Notes: a model not told the origin generated them from the letters alone. 60,775 bases of DNA from an uncultured Desulfovibrionaceae bacterium (GCA_964567295.1 CAZMLU010000005.1:1-60775); one strand, 5' to 3'. Shown: positions 20,066 through 30,217, counted from the stretch's first letter. Translations and numbers: made by a program.

Positions 20066-21391
20066 GTGAAGATCTATGAGCTTTCTAATCTGACAGAGGA
20101 CGAATTGCAGGCCTTGATGAGCCGATCGGAGATTGATGTTACTGAGCATGCTTCCCTGGCCTTAGAAGTTATGGAGAGAGTGCGCAGAGAAGGTGATCAG
20201 GCTCTTTTGCACTATACGGAAAAGTTTGATGGGATTCGGCTGGAGCAGTCAGAGATCAAGGTGCCTCCTGAAAAGATAGCTGAGGCCTACTATAACTTGG
20301 ACGAACAGACCAGGGATACGCTGCAGTACGCTGCGGATAACATAAAAAAATTCCATCAGGAACAGCTTCCATTAGAGATGTGGATGAAAGAAGTTGACGA
20401 AGGTATTTTGGCCGGAGAGAAGGTTACACCTATCTCTGATGTTTGCCTCTATGTTCCCCGGGGTAAAGGTAGTTTCCCTTCGGTGATGCTGATGTTAGGG
20501 ATTCCGGCCGCTTTGGCAGGCGTTCCAAATATCATGGTGTGTACTCCTCCCGGGCAGGGCGGCCTGGTTGAAGAAACTACTCTGGCAGCAGCCCATATCG
20601 TTGGTATAAAAGATATTTACAGGATTGGCGGGATGCAGGCCGTGTCAGCCGTAGCTTTTGGAACGGAGACTGTGCCCCGTTGCCGCAAGATAACCGGTCC
20701 CGGCAATGCTTATGTGAACGCTGCTAAAAGATTGCTTTACGGTGTTCTGGATGTAGGTTTGCCGGCAGGACCTAGTGAAGCCATCATCATGGCTGATGAA
20801 AACGCTGACCCTCATACCGCAGCCTTAGATTTGCTTATCGAGGCGGAGCATGGTCCTGACTCAGCGTCATTGTTAGTGACTCACTCCAGGACTCTTGCTC
20901 AAGAAGTTTTTGAGCTGGTTCCCCAGCTTCTTCAAAAATTGCCAGCAGAAAACCGCAGTTTTGTGGATAATGTTCTTAACGGTTATGGAGGTATTATTCT
21001 TACAGATAGCCTGGATGAATCGGTGAGCTTTGTCAACGAATACGCGCCGGAGCATCTGGAAGTATTAGCAGAAGATTCCTTTTCTTTGCTGCCCTGCATC
21101 AAAAATGCGGGGGAGATTTTACTGGGGCCATATACACCTATAACCCTCTGTAATTTTTTATTGGGGCCGAACGCCATTCTACCTACCGGATCTTTTGCTA
21201 AAACTTATTCCGGGGTTTCGGTTCATGATTTTTTAAAACGTTCCTCCTTCGGCCATGCCACCCGAGAGGGTTTCCATAAGGTGAAAGAAAAAGCAGAGTT
21301 TTTTGCCCGGACAGAGGGTTTTCTCGCTCACGCCATGGCAGTAAGAGAAAGGTTAAATAATCCCAAGGGAACAGGAGGTGGTCCGGAATAG
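20066..21391 (+). CDS. hisD: Histidinol dehydrogenase-family protein, divergent active site
   Basis: KITGPGNAYV, AGPSE, APEHL, DFLKRSS, EG-x-AHA. Start GTG 20066 after GAGGGAG (ORF track starts at 19991). True HisD activity is not assured. Confidence 0.8.
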   Translation: MKIYELSNLTEDELQALMSRSEIDVTEHASLALEVMERVRREGDQALLHYTEKFDGIRLEQSEIKVPPEKIAEAYYNLDEQTRDTLQYAADNIKKFHQEQLPLEMWMKEVDEGILAGEKVTPISDVCLYVPRGKGSFPSVMLMLGIPAALAGVPNIMVCTPPGQGGLVEETTLAAAHIVGIKDIYRIGGMQAVSAVAFGTETVPRCRKITGPGNAYVNAAKRLLYGVLDVGLPAGPSEAIIMADENADPHTAALDLLIEAEHGPDSASLLVTHSRTLAQEVFELVPQLLQKLPAENRSFVDNVLNGYGGIILTDSLDESVSFVNEYAPEHLEVLAEDSFSLLPCIKNAGEILLGPYTPITLCNFLLGPNAILPTGSFAKTYSGVSVHDFLKRSSFGHATREGFHKVKEKAEFFARTEGFLAHAMAVRERLNNPKGTGGGPE

Positions 21392-21429
21392 AAGGTGCCG
21401 CACGCACTTTCTTATAACCCGGGCAGGTT

Positions 21430-22062
21430 ATGCAGGTAACAGCCAAGAGGAAAACAGAAGAATCCAGTATTGTAGTGAAGGTGGTCTTTGGGCCTCGGCC
21501 GGCTGAACCCAAAGAAAAGTTGCAGACTACCATGCCTTTTTTAAACCATATGCTGGAGCATGTGATCTGGCGTGGCGAATTTAACCTGGAAGTAAGTGTA
21601 GAACTGGGTGACTTTTATCTCTCCCATGTAGTATGTGAGGATATAGGCAGTACTTTCGGGGTAGCTGTTGCGAAAGTTCTTGAAAACAGGGTGGAAGATG
21701 GTGTGAAGGGATATGGGTATGCATTTGCTACTATTGACGAGGCGCTATGTCGGGCTGTAATTAGCTTTGAAAGCAGGGCATACCTGGATTTAAATCCTGC
21801 TGAGGGGATTGTTGTGCCATCAGAGACAGAAAACACTCTTTCGGAAGACTTGAAGACTTTTTTTGAGGGATTTGTTCAGGGAGCACGCTGCACTTTACAT
21901 CTTGATATTCTTAAGGGAGAAAACGGACATCATATTTGGGAAGCAGCCTTCAGGGCTTTTGGTGAAGCTCTCTTTAATTCTTTTGAGCTTCGAAAGTGGA
22001 GAAAAGGAATCACAGCCGGAGTGGCTGGACCGTTAACTATTGAAGTAGATAGTGAAGGATAA
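21430..22062 (+). CDS. hisB: Imidazoleglycerol-phosphate dehydratase-family protein, divergent
   Basis: RKTEES, FLNHML, EDIG-TFG, IDEAL, NGHHIWEAAF; first HH motif and C-terminal STKG altered. Confidence 0.7.
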   Translation: MQVTAKRKTEESSIVVKVVFGPRPAEPKEKLQTTMPFLNHMLEHVIWRGEFNLEVSVELGDFYLSHVVCEDIGSTFGVAVAKVLENRVEDGVKGYGYAFATIDEALCRAVISFESRAYLDLNPAEGIVVPSETENTLSEDLKTFFEGFVQGARCTLHLDILKGENGHHIWEAAFRAFGEALFNSFELRKWRKGITAGVAGPLTIEVDSEG

Positions 22063-22070
22063 TAACTTAT

Positions 22071-23246
22071 ATGACTCGAAATAAACTAAAAATACCTAAA
22101 ATTATTTTTGACATGGATGGTGTTATTACCGGAGAAGAATGCTACTGGGACACGGCAGCATTGGTGGTCTGGGAAATGCTTCTGGGTGCACACTTCCTGG
22201 GTCTTAAGCCAGTAGCAGGGCTGCCTCCTTTTAAATCCACAGTTAATGCAATGGAAATTGCACAGATACGAAAGATTATTTTTCAGGATGACCGTGTGAT
22301 TAGTTACTTTAAAAAAAGGGCAGTAAACTCCAATTGGGACCTGGCTTATTTTACTTTTGCCTTTCACCTGGTGCAGCTGTTAACAAAAAAAAGTGCTGAG
22401 GATGAGAGAAAGGTTCGTGGGATCTTTGAAAATGCCTTACTGCCTGAGCTCCGGCAGCTTTCTGAACATCTACAGTTAAGGGACCACTACCCTGTAGATT
22501 TTTCGAGGGTGCTTGGTGAGTGGTCAGGGGAAGCCAGAGGGCCACAGGAATTGGCCGAAAAAATACGCTGCCTTCTGCCGGAAAGCTGCAGCACCGAAGC
22601 TCATAATAATATTGCTCTTTTTTCGATACTAAGGAGTAAAGTACGGACAGTCTTCCAGGAATGGTATCTCGGGGAACAGAAATATTGGGATTTTTTTGGA
22701 AAGCAGTCTGCTGTTTCGGGAAAGAAAGGGCTGGTTTATGAGGAAAAACCTATACTTCCCTTGGAAAAGATTCACTCTTCGCTGCAGGAACTTTGCGATC
22801 AAGGATGGGTGTTGGGGATTGCTACAGGCAGGCCTTTTAATGAGCTTTATGCTCCTTTAGAACAGATGAACTTGTGGAGCTATTTTGATGATAATTCTGT
22901 GGTTACCTTTGATGTTGTGGAAAGGTTTGAGAAAACTCTGGGCTCTGAACTGGGTAATGTATCCCTTAGCAAGCCCCATCCTTTTCCGTTTCTGAAAGCT
23001 TACTGGGAGGACCTTTATACAGCCAGAGAGCTTTTGTTATCTTCTATGGCGGTTCCCGAACGGGGAACTTGTTGGGTGGTAGGTGATTCCCTGGCCGATC
23101 TGCTGGGAGCCAAAGAAATGGGTGCTGCTTTTGCAGGAGTGCTTACAGGGCATAGTGGGGTTAATTATCATAAACTTTTTGAGGAGGAAGGTGCAGATGT
23201 GGTCCTTCCAGATATCAGTTATTTCCCTGCTTTTTTACGTGAATAA
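22071..23246 (+). CDS. HAD-superfamily phosphatase with large cap insertion
   Basis: IIFDMDGV (motif I), IATGRP (II), KPHP (III), VGDSLAD (IV). Confidence 0.85.
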   Translation: MTRNKLKIPKIIFDMDGVITGEECYWDTAALVVWEMLLGAHFLGLKPVAGLPPFKSTVNAMEIAQIRKIIFQDDRVISYFKKRAVNSNWDLAYFTFAFHLVQLLTKKSAEDERKVRGIFENALLPELRQLSEHLQLRDHYPVDFSRVLGEWSGEARGPQELAEKIRCLLPESCSTEAHNNIALFSILRSKVRTVFQEWYLGEQKYWDFFGKQSAVSGKKGLVYEEKPILPLEKIHSSLQELCDQGWVLGIATGRPFNELYAPLEQMNLWSYFDDNSVVTFDVVERFEKTLGSELGNVSLSKPHPFPFLKAYWEDLYTARELLLSSMAVPERGTCWVVGDSLADLLGAKEMGAAFAGVLTGHSGVNYHKLFEEEGADVVLPDISYFPAFLRE

Positions 23247-23247
23247 T

Positions 23248-23781
23248 TTACTCTTTTTGTTTCAACTTGCCTAGCGAAACTATGAAAAGGATTGCCCCCA
23301 TGGTTAAAACTACGTAATTGGCTAACTGCGCTTTTTCCAGGCCTCTCTGGAATACAGGTCCGATCAAACTATCTGCATCAAGGATTAAGTAGCCGGGGAG
23401 AATACTGATGATTATTTGAGAAATGGTAAATATGATAAGGGAAAGAATAGCTGGCGCCAGGAAGATTGAAAAACTACCGTATAAATAATAGAGAAATATA
23501 AGGCAAAACCCGATAGCACCAAGTGATACCCAGAAAATATTTTTAATGACAATCTCATCAACATTGACCATCATGGTTGCCAGTTCCGGTGGATAAGGTG
23601 TTGCTTCAGTGGCGATTACCAGTTCTTCAGAGACAACCATCTCTGATAAGGAAAAAGTAAAAATTGAGGCCAGCACTGCAGCAGCGAAGACCACCGATAA
23701 AATAATTTTCAATAAGAGCTCTGCCCTTCCTATTGGGTTTTTCACAAGCCTTGCCACCCTCCTGCGTCTTATTTTATTCAT
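23248..23781 (-). CDS. Hypothetical membrane protein (about 4 TM segments)
   Basis: 177-aa ORF with basic N-terminus and alternating hydrophobic segments; no family recognised. Confidence 0.7.
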   Translation of the reverse strand: MNKIRRRRVARLVKNPIGRAELLLKIILSVVFAAAVLASIFTFSLSEMVVSEELVIATEATPYPPELATMMVNVDEIVIKNIFWVSLGAIGFCLIFLYYLYGSFSIFLAPAILSLIIFTISQIIISILPGYLILDADSLIGPVFQRGLEKAQLANYVVLTMGAILFIVSLGKLKQKE

Positions 23782-23849
23782 AAATAAGCATGTAACATCA
23801 AAATGTATAGTTTAATCTTCCTGCTAGCTAGGCAAAATATTTAACTTTA

Positions 23850-23877
23850 ATTCTCTGTAAAAGCAGGTTAATCCTGC
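23850..23877 (-). promoter_or_regulatory. Sigma-H-type promoter for the 23781 gene
   Basis: Minus strand GCAGGATTA-12 bp-AGAGAAT. Confidence 0.5.
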
Positions 23878-23985
23878 TTACAGAATAAAAAACTTATTCC
23901 TTTACTAATCTATTCGGGGGAAGAGCCGGTTTATAAGAATTAATATGTCTTTCATGTTAGAGAGGGGTTTCACCGGGAAGCAATG

Positions 23986-24014
23986 GTGACATACAAATTT
24001 TTTTATTGTATAAT
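23986..24014 (+). promoter_or_regulatory. Sigma-A promoter of secA
   Basis: GTGACA-17 bp-TATAAT. Confidence 0.6.
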
Positions 24015-24051
24015 GGAGCTCCAAAGAGCTTTGCTTGTTTAGGGGGATTGT

Positions 24052-27036
24052 ATGGGTTTATTGACAAAGATTTTTGGAGATTCTCATGCCAGGGAAGTTA
24101 AGAAGCTCTGGCGTTATGTAGAAGAGGTTAATTCCTACGAGAATAGAATGGCTGATCTCAAAGACGAAGAATTCTCCCGATATACCGCTCGCTTGAAGGA
24201 TAAGCTGACCGAGGAGGGGGAGTCCTTGGACGACATACTGCCGGAGGCTTTTGCGTTGGCCCGGGAAGCAGCCAGGAGGACCCTTGGCCTGAGGCCTTTT
24301 GATGTACAGGTACTGGGTGGGGTAGTCTTACACCAGGGACGTATTGCGGAGATGAAGACCGGTGAAGGTAAGACATTGGTAGCAACCATGCCTGCTTATC
24401 TTAACGCATTAACCGGGCTCGGTGTGCATATTGTCACTGTTAATGACTACCTGGCCAGGCGTGACCGGGACTGGATGGGACCTGTTTTTGAGTTTTTGGG
24501 ACTTACTGTGGGCGTGATCACGCACGATATGAAACCTGAAGACCGTCGTGCAGGGTACCATGCTGATATCACCTACGGTACCAATAACGAGTTTGGTTTT
24601 GACTATCTGCGGGATAATATGGTGCTCTATAAAGAAAAACTGGTGCAAAAAGAGCACCATTTTGCAGTGATAGATGAGGTAGATAGCATCCTCATAGATG
24701 AGGCAAGGACACCGCTTATTATTAGTGGCATGCCTCAAAAAGAAACTGGTGTCTTTGAGCGATGGAAAGAGCCGGTAGAATCAATTATCAAGAAGCAGAA
24801 ACGCCAGGTAAATGATCTTTTGAAGAAGGTTAGGGAAAAAAGTGAAGCCGGCCTCCACGAAGAAGCAGCAGAGTTGCTTTATCTTGCCCGGCTTGGCGCA
24901 CCCAAAAACAGCGAACTCATGGAAATCCTGAAGGAATCGAGTATCGCAAAAAAAGTGGATCAGGCCAAGCACAATCTTTCCAAAACCCAGGAACATATGC
25001 TGCGAGAGCAGCTCTATTTTACCATTGATGAGGCTACAGGTGTGGTTGATATCTCCTCTCAAAGTTATGAAATACTGGCCGAGGAAGAGCCGACTCTGAA
25101 AAAATTTCTCAGCTTTGACCGTGAGGAACAGGAAGAGGAAGCGGACGATTTTTTAGAGGAAGCAGATACAGAAAGCGATTCTGCCAAGGAGTTGCAGGAG
25201 ATAAGGGAAAGAGGAGGCGAGCATGAGTCGATTATCCGCACCATGCTGAAGGCTTATTCTCTCTTTGAAAAAGATGTGGACTATGTGGTGGCAGACGGCG
25301 AAGTGGTTATCGTTGACGAATTCACTGGTCGCCTGATGCACGGACGCCGCTATTCAGAAGGCCTTCACCAGGCCATAGAAGCTAAGGAAGGGGTAACCGT
25401 GAAAGGACGCTCTCAGACTATTGCTTCTATTACTTTCCAGAATTATTTTCGCCGCTACCAGAAGCTCTCCGGCATGACAGGTACTGCTTTAACGGAAGAA
25501 AGCGAATTTCGTAACATATACGGTATGGATGTGGTAGCCGTCCCCACCAATAAACCGTTGCAAAGAACGGAACTTCCCGATGCTATTTATCGTACCGAAC
25601 AGGCAAAATTTAGGGCTGTAGTCGAGGAGATCGAAGAGAGGCACAGCAAGGGACAGCCGGTGCTGGTGGGCACTATCTCTATTGAAAAATCAGAACTGCT
25701 GAGCAAAATGTTGAAGCAGAGAGGGATTCCCCACCATGTGCTCAATGCCAAGAATCACGAGAAGGAAGCGGAGATTATTTCCCAGGCCGGCCAAAAAGGT
25801 GCGGTAACTATCTCCACCAACATGGCAGGACGTGGTACAGATATCATTCTGGGCGGAAACCCGGAGCCCGAGTTAAGAAAGATCTTTGAGGATGAAGAGC
25901 TGGCTGAGGATCAAAAAGGGATCAAGATACAGGAAGTTCGGCAGCGCTGGCAGGAGCGCCATGACGAAGTAGTGGATCTTGGAGGCCTGCATATCCTGGG
26001 GACGGAAAGACATGAGTCGCGCCGTATCGATAACCAGCTAAGAGGACGTGCTGGTCGCCAGGGGGATCCCGGTTCCTCCCAGTTTTTTATTTCCCTGGAA
26101 GACGATCTGATGCGTATTTTCGGTTCCGATAGCGTTAGCACTATTATGGAAAAAATGGGTATGGAGGAAGATGCTCCCCTGGAGCATTCTATGGTTTCAA
26201 AGGTCATTCAAAATGCCCAGAAGAAAGTGGAAGGGCGTTATTTTGAGATGCGTAAGCATGTTCTGGAATACGATGATGTTATTAATAACCAGAGAGATGT
26301 TATCTACAGTCAGCGCCGTCAGGTGTTGGAGGGAGAAAACCTGCGCGAGCGTGTTTTGGGTATGATAAGCGATCTTATCGAGAAAGAAGTGCTTTTTCAT
26401 GCCCATGATGGTTTGGAGGACGAAGAGTGGAATTTGGCAGGATTGTTGCAGCACGGGGAGTCAGTTTTTTTGCCTCCCGGTCGGCTCACCAAAGATGAGT
26501 TGCGCGATCTTTCCCGTGAGGAGATTAAGGAAGCGCTTCAACAGGTTGCTTATCAGTACTATGAAGAGCGAGAGAAGGAACTGGGTTCGGAAATCATGCG
26601 CGAATTGGAGCGGGTAGTTTTGCTGCGCACAGTGGACCGGAAGTGGATGGAGCAGATTGATAACATGCATGAATTGCGACAGGGGGTAGGCCTCAGGGCA
26701 ATAGGGCAGCAGGATCCTTTACAGGCTTACCGCAAAGAAGCCTATGAAATGTTTCAGGATATGATTCATTCCATCCAGGAAGAAGTGGTAAGGCTCATTT
26801 TCCGCGTGCAAGTGACGGATAAACCTCAGCGAGAGCAGGTGGCTGTACCTCAACAGGCTGGCCGAGAACAGGTGGCAGCAGGAGCTGCCGTTGGAACAGG
26901 CACTACCTCAGAGGCTTCTTCCTCAGGCAGGAAGAAGCAGCAGCCTGTAAGAGTGGAAAAAAAAGTGGGAAGAAATGAGCCATGTCCCTGCGGAAGCGGG
27001 AAAAAACATAAAAAATGTTGTGGAATAACTCAATAG
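24052..27036 (+). CDS. secA: Protein translocase ATPase SecA (994 aa, enlarged PPXD)
   Basis: [73 protein letters not shown]. Confidence 0.98.
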   Translation: MGLLTKIFGDSHAREVKKLWRYVEEVNSYENRMADLKDEEFSRYTARLKDKLTEEGESLDDILPEAFALAREAARRTLGLRPFDVQVLGGVVLHQGRIAEMKTGEGKTLVATMPAYLNALTGLGVHIVTVNDYLARRDRDWMGPVFEFLGLTVGVITHDMKPEDRRAGYHADITYGTNNEFGFDYLRDNMVLYKEKLVQKEHHFAVIDEVDSILIDEARTPLIISGMPQKETGVFERWKEPVESIIKKQKRQVNDLLKKVREKSEAGLHEEAAELLYLARLGAPKNSELMEILKESSIAKKVDQAKHNLSKTQEHMLREQLYFTIDEATGVVDISSQSYEILAEEEPTLKKFLSFDREEQEEEADDFLEEADTESDSAKELQEIRERGGEHESIIRTMLKAYSLFEKDVDYVVADGEVVIVDEFTGRLMHGRRYSEGLHQAIEAKEGVTVKGRSQTIASITFQNYFRRYQKLSGMTGTALTEESEFRNIYGMDVVAVPTNKPLQRTELPDAIYRTEQAKFRAVVEEIEERHSKGQPVLVGTISIEKSELLSKMLKQRGIPHHVLNAKNHEKEAEIISQAGQKGAVTISTNMAGRGTDIILGGNPEPELRKIFEDEELAEDQKGIKIQEVRQRWQERHDEVVDLGGLHILGTERHESRRIDNQLRGRAGRQGDPGSSQFFISLEDDLMRIFGSDSVSTIMEKMGMEEDAPLEHSMVSKVIQNAQKKVEGRYFEMRKHVLEYDDVINNQRDVIYSQRRQVLEGENLRERVLGMISDLIEKEVLFHAHDGLEDEEWNLAGLLQHGESVFLPPGRLTKDELRDLSREEIKEALQQVAYQYYEEREKELGSEIMRELERVVLLRTVDRKWMEQIDNMHELRQGVGLRAIGQQDPLQAYRKEAYEMFQDMIHSIQEEVVRLIFRVQVTDKPQREQVAVPQQAGREQVAAGAAVGTGTTSEASSSGRKKQQPVRVEKKVGRNEPCPCGSGKKHKKCCGITQ

Positions 27037-27069
27037 AATTGAGTTTACACGAAAGGCGGTGTATTATTT

Positions 27070-28219
27070 ATGATTACTGAGTTATGGGAGCAATTAATTG
27101 AGCGCAAGAAACGTTTAGAAGAATGGGGGAGCTCTCTTTGACCTTCTTCGCAAGAAGAACAGAATGGCTGTTTTAGAAAAGGAAGCCAGCGATCCTAATT
27201 TTTGGGATAGCCCCGAAGAAGCGCAGCGTTTAATGCAGGAGTTAGGCCAATTAAAAGAGAAGCTGGGCGAATATGAGCAACTTGCAGAGCAACTTGAAGA
27301 GTTGGAAGCTTTGTTGCAGCTCGCTCAGGAGGAATCCCATGATAATGATTCTCAGGAATTGTTAGAAGAAGCGCGTATATTAAATAATAAGATAGAACGT
27401 TTGCTGGAAAAGAAAGAACGCTCTATGTTGTTTCAGGGTAGCTACGATAAGAAAAACGCCATTGTCTCTATCCATCCTGGAGCCGGTGGGTTAGAAGCCC
27501 AGGATTGGGCAGAAATGCTGTTACGAATGTATACGCGCTGGGGAGAGAAAAGAGGATATGAGGTGGAGATCTTGGATCTCTTACCCGGGGACGAAGCTGG
27601 TATCAAGAGCGCAACACTTACGTTTAAGGGGGAAAAGGCCTACGGCTACCTCCAGTCTGAAAGAGGAGTGCACAGGCTGGTACGAATATCTCCCTTCGAC
27701 ACTGGTGGCAGAAGGCATACTTCTTTCGCTTCTGTAGATGTCCTTCCGGAAGCTGAAGTGGGGATAGATGTTGCGATTGATCCTGATGAATTAAGGATTG
27801 ATACTTTCCGTGCTCGAGGTGCCGGGGGGCAGCATGTTAATACTACAGATTCTGCTGTGAGGATAACTCATCTTCCTACGGGAATAGTGGCCCAATGCCA
27901 AAATGAACGCTCACAGCATAGCAACAAAGAAAGGGCTATGCATATTCTTGTGGCCAGGATGGCAGATATCTCCAGGCAAAAGCATCAAGAAGAGTTAAAC
28001 GCTCTGCGGGGAGAACAAAAGGAGATAGCTTGGGGGAGCCAGATAAGATCCTATACCTTTCATCCTTACAGCCTGGTTAAAGACCATCGCACAGGAGTAG
28101 AAGTGGGAAATATTATTAGTGTAATGGATGGAGAGATAGATCTCTTCCTGGAGGCTTTCCTGCGTTATAATGCCAATCTGCAGACAGGTACCACCACTAA
28201 AGGAGATAAGGAAGACTAG
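27070..28219 (+). CDS. prfB: Peptide chain release factor 2, translated via programmed +1 frameshift (27070-27138 joined to 27140-28219)
   Basis: 23-codon first ORF from ATG 27070 ends CTT TGA C. The +1 frame continues DLLRKKNRMAVLE into ISPFD and GAGGQHVN. Confidence 0.95.
27125..27142 (+). promoter_or_regulatory. prfB +1 ribosomal frameshift site
   Basis: GGGGGAG internal SD-like sequence followed by CTCT CTT TGA C. Confidence 0.9.
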
Positions 28220-28280
28220 TTTTCCATCAAGTTGTCAGGAGCCCAAGCACGCTATATTTTCAATGAAAGGGGAGGTTACA

Positions 28281-29111
28281 TTGCAGGTGCTTTCCGCAGC
28301 TGCCCTGGATGAGCTGATATTAAAATCTAAAAAGCTTAGGCGAGATATTGTAACAATGCTTTATCAGGCTGGATCGGGACACCCCGGAGGTTCTCTCTCG
28401 GCACTGGATGTTTTAGTAGTTTTATATAACAAAGTGATGAGAATAGATCCTGCGAATTATCAGGACACGGAAAGAGACAGGTTTGTGTTGAGCAAGGGGC
28501 ATGCCTGTCCTGCCCTTTATGCTGTACTGGCAGATAGGGGTTTTTTTTCTTCAGAGCATCTTTCCACCTTACGAAAGCTTGGTTCTTGCCTTCAAGGACA
28601 TCCCGATATGCGTAAAACTCCTGGTGTGGAAATGTCTACCGGTTCTCTCGGACAAGGTCTTTCTGCAGCGAATGGCATGGCTATAGCGGCACGGCTTGAC
28701 AACTCAGACCGCCGTGTTTATATAGTTTTGGGAGACGGGGAGAGCCAGGAAGGACAGGTATGGGAAGCAGCAATGACTTCCTCCCACTACAGGTTGGATA
28801 ATTTGACTGCCTTTTTGGATTTTAATGAGCTACAGATAGATGGATGGTGCAAGGATGTCAAGGGCATAGAGCCCCTTGCGGAGAAATGGAAGGCATTCGG
28901 GTGGCACGTCCTGGAGGTTGACGGTCACGATCACGCTGCCCTTTTAGAGGCAGTACAAAAGGCCCATTCCGTTAAAAACTCTCCCACTATTATCATCGCT
29001 TATACCGTTAAAGGTAAGGGAGTATCTTTTATGGAAGGTCAAGCAGACTGGCATGGCAAAGCACCAGGCAAGGAAGAGTATGAAAAGGCATTGGCAGAAC
29101 TTAAGGATTAA
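28281..29111 (+). CDS. Transketolase, N-terminal (TPP-binding) subunit
   Basis: SGHPGGSLS, FVLSKGHA, GSLGQG, GDGE-QEGQVWEA. Start TTG 28281 after GGGGAGG. Confidence 0.92.
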   Translation: MQVLSAAALDELILKSKKLRRDIVTMLYQAGSGHPGGSLSALDVLVVLYNKVMRIDPANYQDTERDRFVLSKGHACPALYAVLADRGFFSSEHLSTLRKLGSCLQGHPDMRKTPGVEMSTGSLGQGLSAANGMAIAARLDNSDRRVYIVLGDGESQEGQVWEAAMTSSHYRLDNLTAFLDFNELQIDGWCKDVKGIEPLAEKWKAFGWHVLEVDGHDHAALLEAVQKAHSVKNSPTIIIAYTVKGKGVSFMEGQADWHGKAPGKEEYEKALAELKD

Positions 29112-30067
29112 TGGAGGGGAAAATGATACAAGAAATGCTTTCTACCAGAGAGGTTTACGGGAAAACCCTGGTCCAAATAGGAGCACGTTGGAAACAAGTG
29201 GTAGTATTGGATGCAGATCTTTCCAAGTCGACTCAGTCAGCAATGTTTGCCAAGGAGTTTCCGCTTCGCTTTTTTAATTTGGGTGTTTCTGAAGCAGATA
29301 TGATGGGAACTGCAGCTGGGCTGGCTGCTTCTGGTTATATCCCATTTGCCAGTACCTTTGGTGTTTTTGCCACAGGGCGTGTATATGATCAGATCCGTAA
29401 CTCCATCGCCTATACCTGCCTTAATGTAAAAATTGTAGCCAGTCATACCGGTCTTACAGTCGGAGAAGATGGAGCTTCACACCAGACGCTCGAGGATATT
29501 GCGTTGATGAGGGTTTTACCGAATATGATGGTGGTTGTTCCAGCTGATGGCAGGCAAACAGAACAAGCTGTGGAGGCTCTGGTCTCTTATAAAGGACCTT
29601 CGTATTTGCGTTTAACCCGCCCAAAGGTACCCACAATCATTCCACAGGATCTACCTTTTGAATTGGGCAAGGCACAGCTCTTAGAAGCAGGAAGTGATCT
29701 GGTTTTTGTGGCCACGGGAATCATGGTCGGTACAGCCCTTCAGGCTTCACAGGAAATGGAAAAAGAGGGGATTAAGGCGGCGGTGCTCAACGTGCATACT
29801 ATTAAGCCTCTTGATGAAGAGCTTTTGCTAGAAGTAGCCGGGCAAACAGGTGCCGTGGTTGTAGCCGAAGAACATAGTATTATTGGAGGTCTGGGTGGTG
29901 CTGTGGCCGAAGTGCTAAGTGAATTATGCCCGGTACCCATAACAAGGGTTGGAGTACGAGACGAGTTTGGAGAGTCCGGATCACCACAAGATCTTCTCGA
30001 GAAATATGGACTGACCGTTGAAAAGTTGGTTTCAGCAGGAAAAAAGGTGTTGAGCAAAAAACTCTAG
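29111..30067 (+). CDS. Transketolase, C-terminal subunit
   Basis: LDADLSKST, GEDGASHQ, GPSYLRL, AEEHSIIGGLG. Confidence 0.92.
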   Translation: MEGKMIQEMLSTREVYGKTLVQIGARWKQVVVLDADLSKSTQSAMFAKEFPLRFFNLGVSEADMMGTAAGLAASGYIPFASTFGVFATGRVYDQIRNSIAYTCLNVKIVASHTGLTVGEDGASHQTLEDIALMRVLPNMMVVVPADGRQTEQAVEALVSYKGPSYLRLTRPKVPTIIPQDLPFELGKAQLLEAGSDLVFVATGIMVGTALQASQEMEKEGIKAAVLNVHTIKPLDEELLLEVAGQTGAVVVAEEHSIIGGLGGAVAEVLSELCPVPITRVGVRDEFGESGSPQDLLEKYGLTVEKLVSAGKKVLSKKL

Positions 30068-30217
30068 ATTTATGAATATTTTATTTCGTCCAGGCAGGGA
30101 ATCGACGATATAGCGTCGTAAAGAAGCAACAGGTAATATTTTAAACACAGGAGGTGTAAAGTCCGGACGACAGTTTGGGCTATTTTGAGCCCGTTCTGTT
30201 TGATCCGGATGATAAAA

